A stretch of 63,942 bases of DNA, the filler included, from Reticulomyxa filosa (taxonomy: Eukaryota; Protista; Foraminifera), in NCBI GenBank assembly GCA_000512085.1. It is 19 parts of 19 records of this genome, joined end to end, with 100 filler letters (N's around TTAATTAATTAA, not from the genome) between each part and the next. Parts side by side here need not be neighbours in the genome. Positions count along the whole stretch, not along the records: positions 50,380 to 54,855 come from ASPP01044400.1; positions 54,956 to 55,955 come from ASPP01045148.1; positions 56,056 to 58,190 come from ASPP01034527.1; positions 58,291 to 63,942 come from ASPP01022521.1; 15 more parts are not named here. The stretch is one strand, 5' to 3'. Position 1 is the stretch's first letter. Each line of letters begins with the position of its first letter. Position numbers and translations under genes: made by a program. Positions 51,860 through 63,942 of this stretch are shown here, in pieces. The notes under the pieces were generated by a model. The model ran no database searches. It was not told where the DNA came from and saw only the letters and a program-made list of their open reading frames with translations.

Positions 51860-53760
51860 TGCGAGTAATAGTCTACTGTCCAGCGACTGCTCCTCAAAGA
51901 GCTTCAGCGTTTTGAACACATGCACCAGGAGTTCACTAAGTCATCACATTACCTGTGTCAAAGCTGTGGCCATCGCTGTTGTCAAATCTTGTTTTTTTCT
52001 CTTCGACTCGATTAGGAGGAGCAGGTGCAACGTTATGTTCGGTCTTCAAAAATGTGGGAAGGTCATATACCAATATGCATCTATTCTTAATTCGCTCTTG
52101 GCTGTCTCCTCAACGCTGCTCCAGGAAGTGCGCTGTTGCAATGCTTTTTTTCCTCTGCCAAAGCACTTTTTGTCAATGTCTTTTTGATCAAACGGCCTTA
52201 TCCAACTATCGTTAAACTCGTTCCAGTCTACCGTCTTGAGAGTAGTCATATACTTTACTTGTGCTTGCAGTCCTTGGATCGGCTAATGCAACTGCTTGTA
52301 ATTCTCTGTCGTCTCCATGCGCAATTACACGAACAAGCGGAACCCGCTCATGTGTTGTATGTGAGTCTGCACTGACCGGTTTCAAAATGTGCAGAAGTTA
52401 CAGTAATAATTCCTCAAAGTCGATAGACCTGATCAATCAATCGCTAAGTTTCTGCGTCGTCGCTTTTATCACTGGTTCGTTTGCTTTTTATTATATTGCT
52501 GTTGTCGTATCATCTCGGTCGGCTTTTTCTACGTACTTGTGTTCCATTTTGTAAAGCAACAGTGGGCCATAGACAACACCAGATGATTCGCAGCATTCTC
52601 CTCCTGCACAGACTAGCTGCGCTCGCGTCAGGCGGTCGTTCACATTCACATTGTTCTTCGCCTTCTTCGCTGTCTCTGCAAACAGTAGTGTTCGAATAGT
52701 TTTTGGCTTTTATAAGATTTTACATACACACATATTGCAAACAAATTTTTCTTATATATTTATTTTGTTTTGTTGTAACTAACTCTGTTGCGAATATGAG
52801 AATCATTATGGTCTTGGAATTGCTCAATGATGAATCTATAATCTTTTTTTTAAACAAAATGAAAAATTTATATAATGTGATTTATCAGATAAAAAGAACT
52901 TACTGCTTGACAGAAAGCATGATCAACATATTTGAACGTGACAACACAGCATTCAAGGCGTACTTCGCAGTAATGCAATTGCTTATAACTTTTACAACGA
53001 AACGCCAAAGTCTTGTGGGGACGAAGTGTATACTTTGATTATGTTTTCCACTTGCGTCGTGCTTGTTTGGAAATTTTGTCAAATTCGCATGTTTTTTTGT
53101 CTGATTTGGCATCCAGCAGATCCATTAGATCGTTTGTGTTCATTAGCATGCACAAACTCGCAAAGGACCCACTACAAACGTTCTTACATATTATGTTAAT
53201 CAATTATAAATCTTTGTAAATTTGAATAATTTTCAAAGAAACTTTTTACTCTTTAATGATAGATTGACAATTGCAATCGTTGTTGTCGTATATACATATA
53301 TAATTTTTATGCAAATATTGTTTTATGCTTAGTAAACAAAAGATTTACCTGCACCACTTCGACCATAACAAAAGATTGTGACATTATATCGCTCCAAAGT
53401 TGCGTCCACCATTGGGTCGCCAATTTTGTTGAACATGTCATCTTGCGCCGCTTCGGATGGAAACATTTGGTCTAAGTGCACTTGTACTGCTTTTAGGAAT
53501 TCTCAATGTCACACCAAAAACACTGTTAGTATGTCCACCAAATTCTGTATACATGTTCATTTATATATTTGTCATTGTTTGTTTTAAAGAAGCGCTTTGA
53601 AAGTCCGCAAAAAAAAGGTATGTTAATCCATTGTACCTCTTGAGCTGCGTACAGCATCTCCTAGCCACTTGTGTGCCAAAATCTCCCCAATAATCAATTG
53701 ATTCTTTACTCATTTGTCATATGATTCTTTTAATTGCACAGATCTTCCTGCTTGTGAGCA
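51860..53760 (-). pseudogene. Degenerate multi-exon gene of unknown family
   Basis: GC-richer exon-like blocks with protein-like frames broken by in-frame stops and frameshifts. Confidence 0.5.
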
Positions 53761-55020
53761 AATAATCACAATACAAATGGTCTTTTTTAAAAAAAGATTT
53801 GACTCAAACAAAGGGCACCACGCCTTAAAAACAGCTTAAATGTTCCGTCTTTTTGTTTTTCTCTATCTACATGTATATGAAATAAATATTAAGTCAAAAT
53901 TGAAAAGGAGTGCTAGTTTCGTTTGACTTACCTTTTAGTAAAGAAAAGACCAGTCATTCATATGCATATACCATATCTCCATTTAGAAACCAAACACATG
54001 ATGAACATTATTAATACTTTGCGTGCAGTATATTTGTAATAATATGAATACAGGTCAATACATATAGAGAACTACTTAAATGGGTTTTTATTTCGTTAAA
54101 AATATGTTCACAAAGCATTAACATAATAAAGTGGATATATTCTTTGAAATTGTTGGAGGATTTACAAATTTATATAACACAGTGATTATCATTTCGATTC
54201 ATATCTTCCCCTTCAACTAAGCTTAGTCACACCAACAACAATCTCATCCAAAATTTATAACACATCGACACATGATACCAACTTTATCAGCGATCTACAA
54301 CACGTTTTAATTGCCACTTATCAATGGCATCGGCAATAGAAATACTAATATTGTAATTAGCACTTAAACAATAAGTATATGTATATATGTCAGTGCTTAC
54401 ATACGAAAATGATACATTATGAAATTATCAATTTTATGCGAAAGTTAATTTTTTAAAATTGTTCTAATAAAGTTAAACATTTTCATAGCATTAAAATGTT
54501 TGCTATTGACAAAATTGTGAGAATATTTTGAAACAAAACGTTGCAAAGTCGAAAAGTGTTAGTTTTGTGTTTTTTTTGTCGTAACATAAATCGAGAGCAA
54601 CGATAAGAAACAGTTTTTTTTGAAATGATTGCTTTGCAACAAAGAAAAAGGATCCAAAGTTTCCAAGAAAACTTTACCTTATTATGTTAGAATAAGTTTG
54701 AAAAGAAATTTACAACCTAAGTTTGTGTAGGTTCCCTTTTCTAACAAAATCATCAAAAAATATGCCAAGGAAAATTCTCAACTTTGGTAGTTTTTACATT
54801 TTTATAAAATGTGACAATTTTGAGCTTCTTTAAAAAGAATTAAAACCATTGCAAANNNNNNNNNNNNNNNNNNNNNNNNNNNNNNNNNNNNNNNNNNNNT
54901 TAATTAATTAANNNNNNNNNNNNNNNNNNNNNNNNNNNNNNNNNNNNNNNNNNNNAAAAAAAAAAAGGGACAAAAAAAAAAAAAAAAAAAAAAAAAAAAC
55001 ACGGCCATTAAAAAAAAATA

Positions 55021-55955
55021 GATCGTAGTAATGATACTGGCCTTGGTGAAGGCAAAAGGGTTCGATGATCATTCGAAACGTGACACGCTGATCAATGTGG
55101 TCCAATTTTCACTGATTGGAAGCATCTTCAGCAATTCGCTGCTGGTGTTGGGCTGTGCTTTCTTGGCGCACGGATTCAAGGGAGAGGCACACTTCAACGT
55201 CCAATCAACCAGTGCAAATGTCTCCTTGTTAATGTTGGCCTCGTTTGTTATGATTTTGCCTGCTCCTTACAATGGTATGTATATGTATGTACATTGGAGA
55301 CATTTTTACGTGATTGTTTATTGACGATTCAATTTGTTGTCACTAAGATTGAAAACATTTGATTTGTTGTTGTTATATATATATTTTTTTTTAAGGCTCT
55401 AATGAACTGATGGTGTCGCGGGCAGCTGCAGTGTTGTTGCTGATAATGTATTCGTGCCTACTCGTGTTTGTGTTGTTCACACACAAAGACTTGGGCGAGC
55501 ACCAGGAACCTGTTGAGGCATTCCGGCTTCACGGCAATAAAGACGTGGAAAACACGAGCGACGGAAAACTGGTTAATGAACAAAACTCAGAGAATCCATC
55601 TGCCGAAGAAGAAGAAGACGATGATGAATTGGAAATGTCATTGATTGGCAGCATGACATTGCTACTAGTGACAACTGTTATAGTCGCGGTGCTTTCCGAG
55701 TTCTTGGTTAGTGCTATTGAACCAATGTCAAGCAATGCTGGAATTGGCGAAGCATTTGTTGGGATGATTTTGTTACCTATCATCGGTATTTTTTTTTTTT
55801 TTTTTATGTCACTAGTGTGCACGGGATATAAAAATTACAAAAATTTAAAATAGAGGCATAGTAATAGAGGGTGACACTTTAAAAAAATTTACATAGTATG
55901 TACACTAAAGAATACATACTTATGTACGTTAACAAATAATAGGCAATGCAGTAGA
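55021..55955 (+). CDS. Ca2+/H+ exchanger (CAX/VCX1 family), internal exons
   Basis: LIGSIFSNSLLVLG, VSRAAAVLLLIMY..LFTH, acidic EEEEDDDE loop, SEFLV..IE, FVGMILLPIIG|NAVE. Confidence 0.92.
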
Positions 55956-56055
55956 NNNNNNNNNNNNNNNNNNNNNNNNNNNNNNNNNNNNNNNNNNNNT
56001 TAATTAATTAANNNNNNNNNNNNNNNNNNNNNNNNNNNNNNNNNNNNNNNNNNNN

Positions 56056-56097
56056 AAGCCCTAAGCCCTAAGCCCTAAGCCCTAAGCCCTAAGCCCT
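56056..56097. repeat. Telomere-like heptamer (AAGCCCT)6; G-strand unit TTAGGGC
   Basis: Six perfect units at the extreme left end of a contig, C-rich strand on top as expected for a left telomere. Confidence 0.8.
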
Positions 56098-56422
56098 GTT
56101 TTACTTAGACCTTATTCTTTTTTAAAAATATCTTATTTGCACATTTTTATTACTTTAAATTATTTATTTGTTATTTATGAGTTTTGCAATTTTAAGATAA
56201 TGAAAGATTTGTTTAATACTGAAAATGATCTGCTTTTTAAAGCTTTGATTAGTTTTCATTTTGTATTAATACCAAATAAAATTTTTTATTTTATTAACAA
56301 AGTAATTAATTAGACTTGTTGGGCATTTCTAACCATTTGAAATTTAAGCAAAAACATATAAACAAAGGCCAATCCAAAAAAAAAAGTCTCAAATAATACC
56401 TCACTTATTTTTAAAAAAATTT

Positions 56423-58190
56423 TTAAACAGGCTTTCTTTGCTGAAAAATAATGTCATAATTTGTGGTGTCTTGACTTTCCACACAATACCATTCACTACT
56501 TTTATTTGTACGGATTTCTGTTCTAATGTCCTCCAACATTCGCTTGAATGGATAGCCACTTTTATATTTTGACGTTACAACATTTTTCATGCATTGACTC
56601 AATAATGACAGATCAACTACTCGATGCCCTTTTGTAGTTGACCAAATAATCAAAAATCCATCATCATTATGTCCATGTAGCATTTTATTTCCTCGTGTTA
56701 CAATTTCGTAAGATTTTGGTATATTTTCACCACGGCAAGAATCAATAATCAATATTTTTGGAAGATCTTTAAACGCTTCCATTTTATAGCAATTAAATGA
56801 CGCACGCATTTCGTCAATTGATATATATTTTCCATCACTTGCCACTAACATATTTCCATCCTCTCCATGTCCACAAATGATTATGATTAATCCATCATAT
56901 TTGTTAGTATTTTCGTGAAGATCATGCTTTGCAATTGTTTTAGTCAAAAATGATTGCACACCCTGTCTTATCATTTGTGTAGATTGACTCCATTCAAATG
57001 TATAATTCAATTCTTTTTGAAATAATTGCTCAAAATTTTTTAAATCTTTTTCTTTCACATTTGGAAGATTAGGCCATTGTGTGTTATCATTATATTCACT
57101 AATCGCAATCATTATTACTAATGCATTTTTTATTGTTTTCGTTTTTCCATTTATTATTGGTTGAAATGGAGTCAAAATGATTTTAAATGAAAGTTCATTT
57201 TTTTTAAATTCTCTTTTCACATCATTGTCTGATTCAATAATTTTATCTTTTATGTTGGTTAAATCAAGCTTTACATGTTCATTTTTCATCTTTTGAATAT
57301 CTTTCCTTTCCAAACAATGATAACTTTGATACAGAAGTTCTTCAAATGTCAGTTCTTTCATTTTTATCAATGCTTCTCTTTCGTCCACTTTCACATATGT
57401 TGTCAACTATTTTGTATTTTGCTATTGCAATTCAGATCAAAAAATAAGATTAAAACAATACACAATTTATTAACTTCCTTTTCTTTTTTTTTATCTTCAT
57501 TGGTTGTGATCATAGCAAGATAGACATCAATGAAAAAACAAATAGAATCAATATCATCTTTTATGATTTGATTTTTCCATTTATGCTGATTCAATAACCA
57601 TTCTCCAAATTGTTCATTTGACAATGTTTTAAATTTTTCAATTATCTTTGTTTTATCCTTTTGTTCTCTTTCATTCCACCATTTCATCACTTTGTTAAAA
57701 TGTTCCTGGATTTTATTTCATTTGGATAAACAAAATAAAACATATTTCAATATTACATTCTTTCTTTTTGTCACATTGTTATTTTCAACTTAAAAAAGAT
57801 GATTTTTTATATCAAAATAAGAAATATTGCTATTGCTGACATTCATACTTAACTTTTACTTCCTTGTTTTTTACAAGTTTGCTCATTTCACTGTCAATTT
57901 CTTTTTCTTCTTCCTCTTCATTCTCCTCCTCTTCATCTTCTTCCTCTTCACTCTCTTCCTCGCTCTCTTTATTTTCTTCCTCGTCTTCTTCCACTTTCCA
58001 TTCTATTCCTTTTTCTTTACTCAACAATTCACTAACTTCTGTTATTATGTGTGTTGACATTAATTGATATTCATCATTTATTCCTCCAATAATATGCACA
58101 AACGTGTTGTCTTCACTCAATATTACAACACAATTTTTTAATGGATAGGGTAAAGTGTTTTGAAATGTCATCCATTTGTTTTCTCGAATT
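56423..58190 (-). CDS. Kelch-acidic linker-caspase-like (clan CD) protease gene, 5'-partial
   Basis: Last exon has NALVIMIAISEY, YDGLIIIICGHG (His), PKILIIDSCRG (Cys) and a p10-like DGFLIIWSTTKG; same-strand upstream ORFs 57403-57690 and 57830-58171 (kelch end plus Glu tract). Confidence 0.8.
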
Positions 58191-58427
58191 NNNNNNNNNN
58201 NNNNNNNNNNNNNNNNNNNNNNNNNNNNNNNNNNTTAATTAATTAANNNNNNNNNNNNNNNNNNNNNNNNNNNNNNNNNNNNNNNNNNNNCATTAGTTTT
58301 TTTTTTAAAAAAATTACAAAACAAATTCTCTTTGTCTGTCATGCGCGACCCTAACAAAAAAAACAAAAAAAAAGACATACACCCCACGACCTATCAACAA
58401 AATGTCAATCTTTCGTTTTTTTTTTTT

Positions 58428-59240
58428 TTAACTAAAAGAAGAGAGGGGGGGGAGGGGAGAAGGTAGAAAGAAATACAAAAAAAAAAAGTATACGTCAGTT
58501 CTAGGAACAAAAAAAAAAAAGTTTGCACATAATGAGAGAAGTTGAACCATTTGCTCGAAGATATAAGGAGGCAACGTGCTGATATTGGTGTTGATGTTCT
58601 GAGTGTTGCTAGGGGGAAACATTGGATGACTCAGCAATGGATTGGCTGATGTGGTTGTGTTCTTGCTGTCTTCTAACAATTGCAAGTTGGTTGGCAGCGT
58701 ATGCCCTGCGAATGCACGCACCGATTGTAACAACTCCAAATTAATCATTCGTATTAATTGGGAATCATGTTGTGTTGACATTGTTTTGAGAGACTCTGCA
58801 ATTCTTCCCATTTCAAACATTACTCGTAAATATATTACACATTGTGCCAAACAGTCATAGTCAGTGGATGCATTCCTCACTGCTATTTGCAATTCCGTGT
58901 TCAGTCCAGGAATTTTTTCTTGGTTTATCAATGTGCCACACTGAATTTCCAACCATCGCTCATGTTTGGTTATTCCTGTTGGTCTAAGGTCTTTTAAGAA
59001 AAACCAGAGAAATTGCTCCGCCGCTTTAATATTCAAGGTTGTGAACGCCCTGCGTGGGAAATAGCATACCAACAAACTGTCTGCTATCATTCCACACACT
59101 TTGTGTGATCCACCTTTTTAATATTATGCCCTTTTGTTTATTCGGAACTGCTTCAAAATCTTGCAGTCTTCTACGATCGGTTTTTTCTGTATTTTCGTTA
59201 ATATAATTACAATTTCATTCATTTAGAAAGAATTCTCCAT
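58428..59240 (-). CDS. Hypothetical protein, 3'-partial
   Basis: 223-aa helical-looking ORF running into a T-rich intron; family not recognised. Confidence 0.5.
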
Positions 59241-59522
59241 TTTGAATTAATGTTGTGAGACATTGCACAAATTAGCCTTAAGTTATTGTGAACTCGTTTA
59301 TAATTGGAAATCTTTAATGAAGTCTTCAAATACGTACAACATTCATTTAAATACAAAATTTGGCACAATTATTTGATACACTGTGTTTATTGTGATTAAT
59401 GGACATATTTTTTTTGGGTAGAATAGAAGAAGATTGCGTTTTGTGAAATCGAGAATAAGAGCCACAAGAAAGAGAAAAAAACGGAAAAAAAAAAAATTAA
59501 AAAAAAAGGGTAAGACACTTTT

Positions 59523-60389
59523 TCAAGTTTTAATTGGAGGTGTTTTAAGTAACATTTTGAAAGCACCAAATCCTCCATTGTCCTTTTGGTCAGGATTTTT
59601 GATTTCAAAAGGATATGAAACAGGTGAGTCTTTGAGTGTTTCAATGTTTGGTAGTTTTGGCAAATGGTCCATATATTTATTCGCGAAATCAATAATTTTG
59701 ATCATATTTTCTCTCACTTCTTTTTCCAACACTCGTAAATCAACATCTGAGGTATGTTGTTTTATTATAATTTGTTTTAACCAAAATAAAAAAAATAAAA
59801 CCTTTCTTTGAGCGTTTCAGTGGAATAACCCAGATTTCCCAATATGATTTGGCCTCTTTTTGCCAAAAAGCCCCCAATGATCCCAAAAACCCGTCGTTTT
59901 TGGTTTTGGTTTCCTCATAAAATTTAATTTCAATGGCAGTTGAGTGACTCTCGCTGCTTGGATTGGCTAATATTTGTTCTGATGCCTTTGTCACCTGGCT
60001 GATCGAAGCTTCAATGTCTTCGTAGAGTTGCTCGCAAGCACAAGTCATCTGTCCCACCCCAACCAGTTTGTACATTGTATCGCTATTATTAATTGCCAAG
60101 TTCGAAGAGGGACAAACACAATCACAAAACATAAGACGTGTTTGCAAATATGTCCGATGATACTTCACGTGGTTTCACGTTTCCCAACGTACGATGAAAC
60201 AATATGGTGTGAATCAGACATTGTAATACTGGTTTGATGTGTTTTGGTCCAACTTCCTGTTTGTTATGTGCATTTTTTGCTTGCTTGTGACTAACTTCCT
60301 TGGTATATATATATATATAGTGGCAAAAACACAAAGCAAAGCACGAGACAAACTAGTTGATTAAGATCAAACTTGGGACAATTGCTCAT
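59523..60389 (-). CDS. ATG101: Autophagy-related protein 101; three exons, apparent frameshift at ~60126
   Basis: MSNCPKFDL|EV..LIHTILFHRTLGNVKP, IKFYE, AFW (WF-finger-like), YWEIWVI, DHLP, YPFEI, KMLLKTP. Confidence 0.88.
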
Positions 60390-60699
60390 CTAAAAATTAT
60401 GACTAGGTTAATTATGTTTTATGCGACACGCCTTTAACTTTGGGAACGAGTACCCTGGAAGAAAAAAGCGTTTTAAAAAGCACAACATTAAATTTATTAA
60501 ATGAATTATCAAACTCTTATTTGAAAAAATATTCCACTTAACACAGAAAGCAGTAAAAATAAAATTTTACAATAAAAAATACGTTGGCGTGGACAGTTCA
60601 AAGCTAGCTTTCCAAACGCTTTGACAAACTTCTTCAGTCTTTCACAAAGGAACAAGTGACAAAAGGCGCTCAAAAAAAAAAAACAATAAAATAACAAGA

Positions 60700-61476
60700 A
60701 TGAATAAATCTATAGTCACAGAAATTCCAGTAACTTTGCAAGACCGTTATGGAGTTCCTTCGGCATACAAACTGTCTTTTGACACGAAAAATATTTTCCT
60801 GAAGCGAAACTATGTGAGTGATTTTCCTCCGTACGAGACGAAAACTCACATCATATTAGGACGTCGGAACATTTCTTCGATTCGTCTAGACGAAGGACCA
60901 GACTATAGAGCTGCTTTTTTTACTGGTGGTGCCATTGGAATTGTTGGTGGTTTTGCAGGTACCAACACTGTTCTGTGTATTTAATTTTTGACCGTTTTTT
61001 TGGATCTGCCAAGAGTACCGTACACAAAAAAAGGGCTGAATCATTTTGAGTGACCTTTTGAGAATGTGAGCAGGGTTTGTGTCACGAAAATGAAAGAATT
61101 TTTTGATTCTCTGCGCCCATGTCATTAAACGCGTATAGCAATTACTTCGCACGCACTTATTTGATCAAATCAACCCTTATTTTCTAAAAAAAATAAAAAA
61201 ACAAGCAAGCCAACGCGTAAAACAAAAAAATTCAAATGATTGCATGTGTGTGTAGGGATTTTTGCGGGTTATATGGTATTCGGAACAGGACAAGGCAGCT
61301 ATTTTGGGTCATTAGGAGGGTTTGTGACTGGATTTACTGCTGGTTTTTGTGTATCTTTGAGTCGCTTTCGTGTAGCGACTCTGGAAATAACATCTCCTTA
61401 CCAAAGGCACTTTTTTCACAAACGCAGAAAATGTAACACATTTACAACCTTTGTTGGTCAGCTGCACTGGAGATGA
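60700..61476 (+). CDS. Small glycine-rich membrane protein, at least two exons
   Basis: GGAIGIVGGFAG|IFAG..GSLGGFVTGFTAG hydrophobic Gly-zipper-like segments; intron ~60959-61256. Confidence 0.55.
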
Positions 61477-62413
61477 TCAATGGAATTGAATTCAATTTAT
61501 CCTTTTCCTCCTCCCCACAATAGCATTGTTTGTGCTGTTATTTTGTTCACTTGACACATCTTCTGCCTTTCATTTCTTTGAGCATCACACACCCTCCGAT
61601 GCTCAAAAAAAAAAAAAAAGAAATGAAGCACATCAAAACAAACATTTACGTTTTTCTTCAATACCGAGTTTCTAATCTAAAACGTATTGCATTGACGTCT
61701 AGATGTTCACATTGAATAATTTAATTGAAAACTGGCAATTTTAGTGTTTTAAGCTCTTAGTACAAGAGCTGCTTAAAAAATCAAGTGTACTGAAAACAAA
61801 GGGTTACAGAACTTCTTCTAAAAATCTATTCATACTTCGATTAAATACTTTTATTCAGCTGGCTTTTCTTGAAAAAACAAATTTTTTTAAGTTGCGTTTT
61901 ATCGTTTAAAAATAAACTGGACAGTGAATCTTCAATTTTTTGAACTCCAGCTGGTTTTTCATAAGATTAAAACTGTTTGACATAGAGTTTTTGAATTGAT
62001 ACAAAAACACATTTTTCAATTAAAAAAAAGGGTTGGACAAAGGAAAAATACTTTTTTGAATTGACCATATAACGTTCAACTAAGTATTGACAATGTTATC
62101 AAAATCACTATTTCCAACAAACCTTTTTCCAACCAGTTTCCACTCAATACACTATCAAGCTGCAATTAGCTTTGTGTAAACGACAAAACACTTATTGATA
62201 TTTATGTAATATGTTTTATTTTTGTCTGTTTCGTTTATTTTGCTTAATTATTTTTTGTTGTTTAGCAATTGTTCGCACGCAAATTGTAAACACATTTTAA
62301 TAATCACATAAATTTGACATATTTCATAAAACAACTTCGCTGATAAAGTTTATATACAAACTTTTTAAATTAAAGAATTACAACAAAAAAGAAAAAAAAA
62401 ATACATTTACACT

Positions 62414-62635
62414 TGTAAATAGATTGACGTAGCACCAAGTGTAATAAGAAAGTAATTACTGAAAGGTATTTTCAAAGACAACAAAAGTAATTAAATAATC
62501 AAGATAAACAACTCAATGACAAGAAATAAAAAAACAGAAAAGTGAAAGAAGAAAGACAGTGAAGGTTGTTGATGAAAAAAGGGTTTCATCGTTCATATGA
62601 AGCTTTTACTGTAATTAGTAGTGCATTGCACTACA
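62414..62635. mobile_element. 222-bp TG...CA element with 4-bp TSD CACT, inverted relative to the 32112 copy
   Basis: CACT|TGTAAATAGATTGACGT...TAGTAGTGCATTGCACTACA|CACT; shares GTTGTTGA, CGTTCA.AT and TAGTG..TTGC.CTACA with the reverse complement of 32112-32328. Confidence 0.75.
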
Positions 62636-63942
62636 CACTATAGTAGTTACAGTTTATTATTTTGACTAGCACAGACAATTACACGTTATATGTTTATTTA
62701 TAGGACTTAAGTATAATTAATAAAATGTAGTTATATCATTGACAATATTCTTCGATATAAATCAAGTCACAAACTAAGACATTATTAATACTAGTCATAA
62801 ATGGTTCTACTTGAAACTAACCATTGATAAATATATTATACTTAATGTTATACAGTATACTGCAGAAAAAACTAATATACATAATTTGCACACTATGAAG
62901 AGAATCAATTTTCTATATGAAAAATAAAAAATATATGAAATTAGTTGTATAATAACTTTTTTATATGTTGATCAAAGACATTGTTTTTTAAATAGTTTCT
63001 TTTTTAGAACTTTCAAGTAACGTATATACTTTATAAAAAAGAATTAACATTTTATCTTTCGTAGTTTTAAAAAAATTTGACAAGTACAATTAATTTTTAA
63101 AATTTATTGTGAAATTAAATTTTAGTTTTACAATTTTGTTAAATTTAAAGTTTTAAATTTTTTTTTTTGAGTTTTTGATATATTAATATGTTAAATCAAA
63201 CTGTATTTTTATAATCTAACAATTAGGCTCTGCTCAGTACTAATTTTAAAATATTTTTTATGAATTTTATAACTGACTTTGTTATTTATCTTGCAGTAAT
63301 GCATAAATTTTTTTGAATCAAAGCAAGCCAAATTGATAATACATTTACCAAATTTGATTATTTATTTTGACATTAACTTTTAAGTCTTAATTTGATAATT
63401 TTTAAATTAATCACTTCTACAAAATTTTACATTTGCTCATCAAAAAAATATCATTTTTTACAATGAATTCAAAATAGACACAAAGATAATATTTTAAATT
63501 AAAGTCGTCACTATAAAATTATTTTTCAACTTTTGCTTTTTTATTTGACGTTGCAATAAAATAATTTCAAAAAACCAAACATCAAAATAACAATTAAATT
63601 ATTAAAAAACGAAAAACAAACAAAAAACATATATTTAAATAATATAAAAAATTAAGGTTAAATGTTTATTTTTAATGTAGAAAATCAATTCTCTTCATAA
63701 AAACGCCACTTATATATTGCAATTTTTTCTGCAATATACTGTACAATACGAAGTTTTGCACTTGCTTTATTTTTTTAATGAAAAAAACAAACTCATGCAT
63801 TCCTGTCTCAAATTTCCTTAAAACTGTTAACACTCTTGATAGAATCAAAGAAGAATATCAAAGATAGAGCAATAGAAATAAATATAAGAAGATATATTCG
63901 TTATAGTAAAACAGTCATCACATTTTGTTTGTGCATTGCTAT

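Noticed and set aside
1382-58290. Recurring TTAATTAATTAA motif flanked by Ns, resembling a regular repeat array
   Set aside because: Synthetic six-frame-stop linker used to concatenate contigs; not biological.
20352-60389. Genome-wide stop-codon reassignment (ciliate-like code)
   Set aside because: Intact conserved genes have no internal stops in their exons and end at TAA (SDHA, PIN1), TAG (ELP3, NDUFAF2-like) or TGA (ATG101).
1-63942. CRISPR arrays, tRNA or rRNA genes, other snRNAs
   Set aside because: None recognised by eye; tandem repeats are micro/minisatellites without unique spacers. A covariance-model scan could still find divergent RNAs.

Overview
This is not one continuous locus. 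It is 19 short contigs joined by 18 artificial 100-bp spacers (N44-TTAATTAATTAA-N44), so adjacency across a spacer means nothing. The DNA is from an AT-rich, intron-containing eukaryote. The expanded WD40, kelch, TRAF/RING-like and caspase-like families and the many pseudogenes suggest the foraminiferan Reticulomyxa filosa or a relative (inference). Recognisable genes: SDHA, ELP3, ATG101, SCAPER, a Pin1-type parvulin, an NDUFA12/NDUFAF2-family protein, a ZnT/CDF transporter, a CAX exchanger, a NYN-domain (MARF1-like) nuclease, a PLC-type PH protein, a PDI 3' end, a GYF_2 protein, a PhyH-like dioxygenase and a kelch-caspase-like gene. The best signals are not in the ORF track. (1) A complete U1 snRNA whose 5' recognition arm reads ACAUACCUG instead of ACUUACCUG, exactly complementary to the GUAUGU-type donors seen in this window. 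(2) A family of ~220-250 bp TG...CA elements, two with perfect 4-bp target-site duplications (solo-LTR-like). (3) A heptameric (AAGCCCT)n telomere-like tract only ~325 bp from the caspase-like gene. (4) An ELP3 with a C-terminal membrane anchor. Frameshifts in conserved genes mostly fall in homopolymers and look like sequencing errors. All assignments are by eye; no database searches were run.
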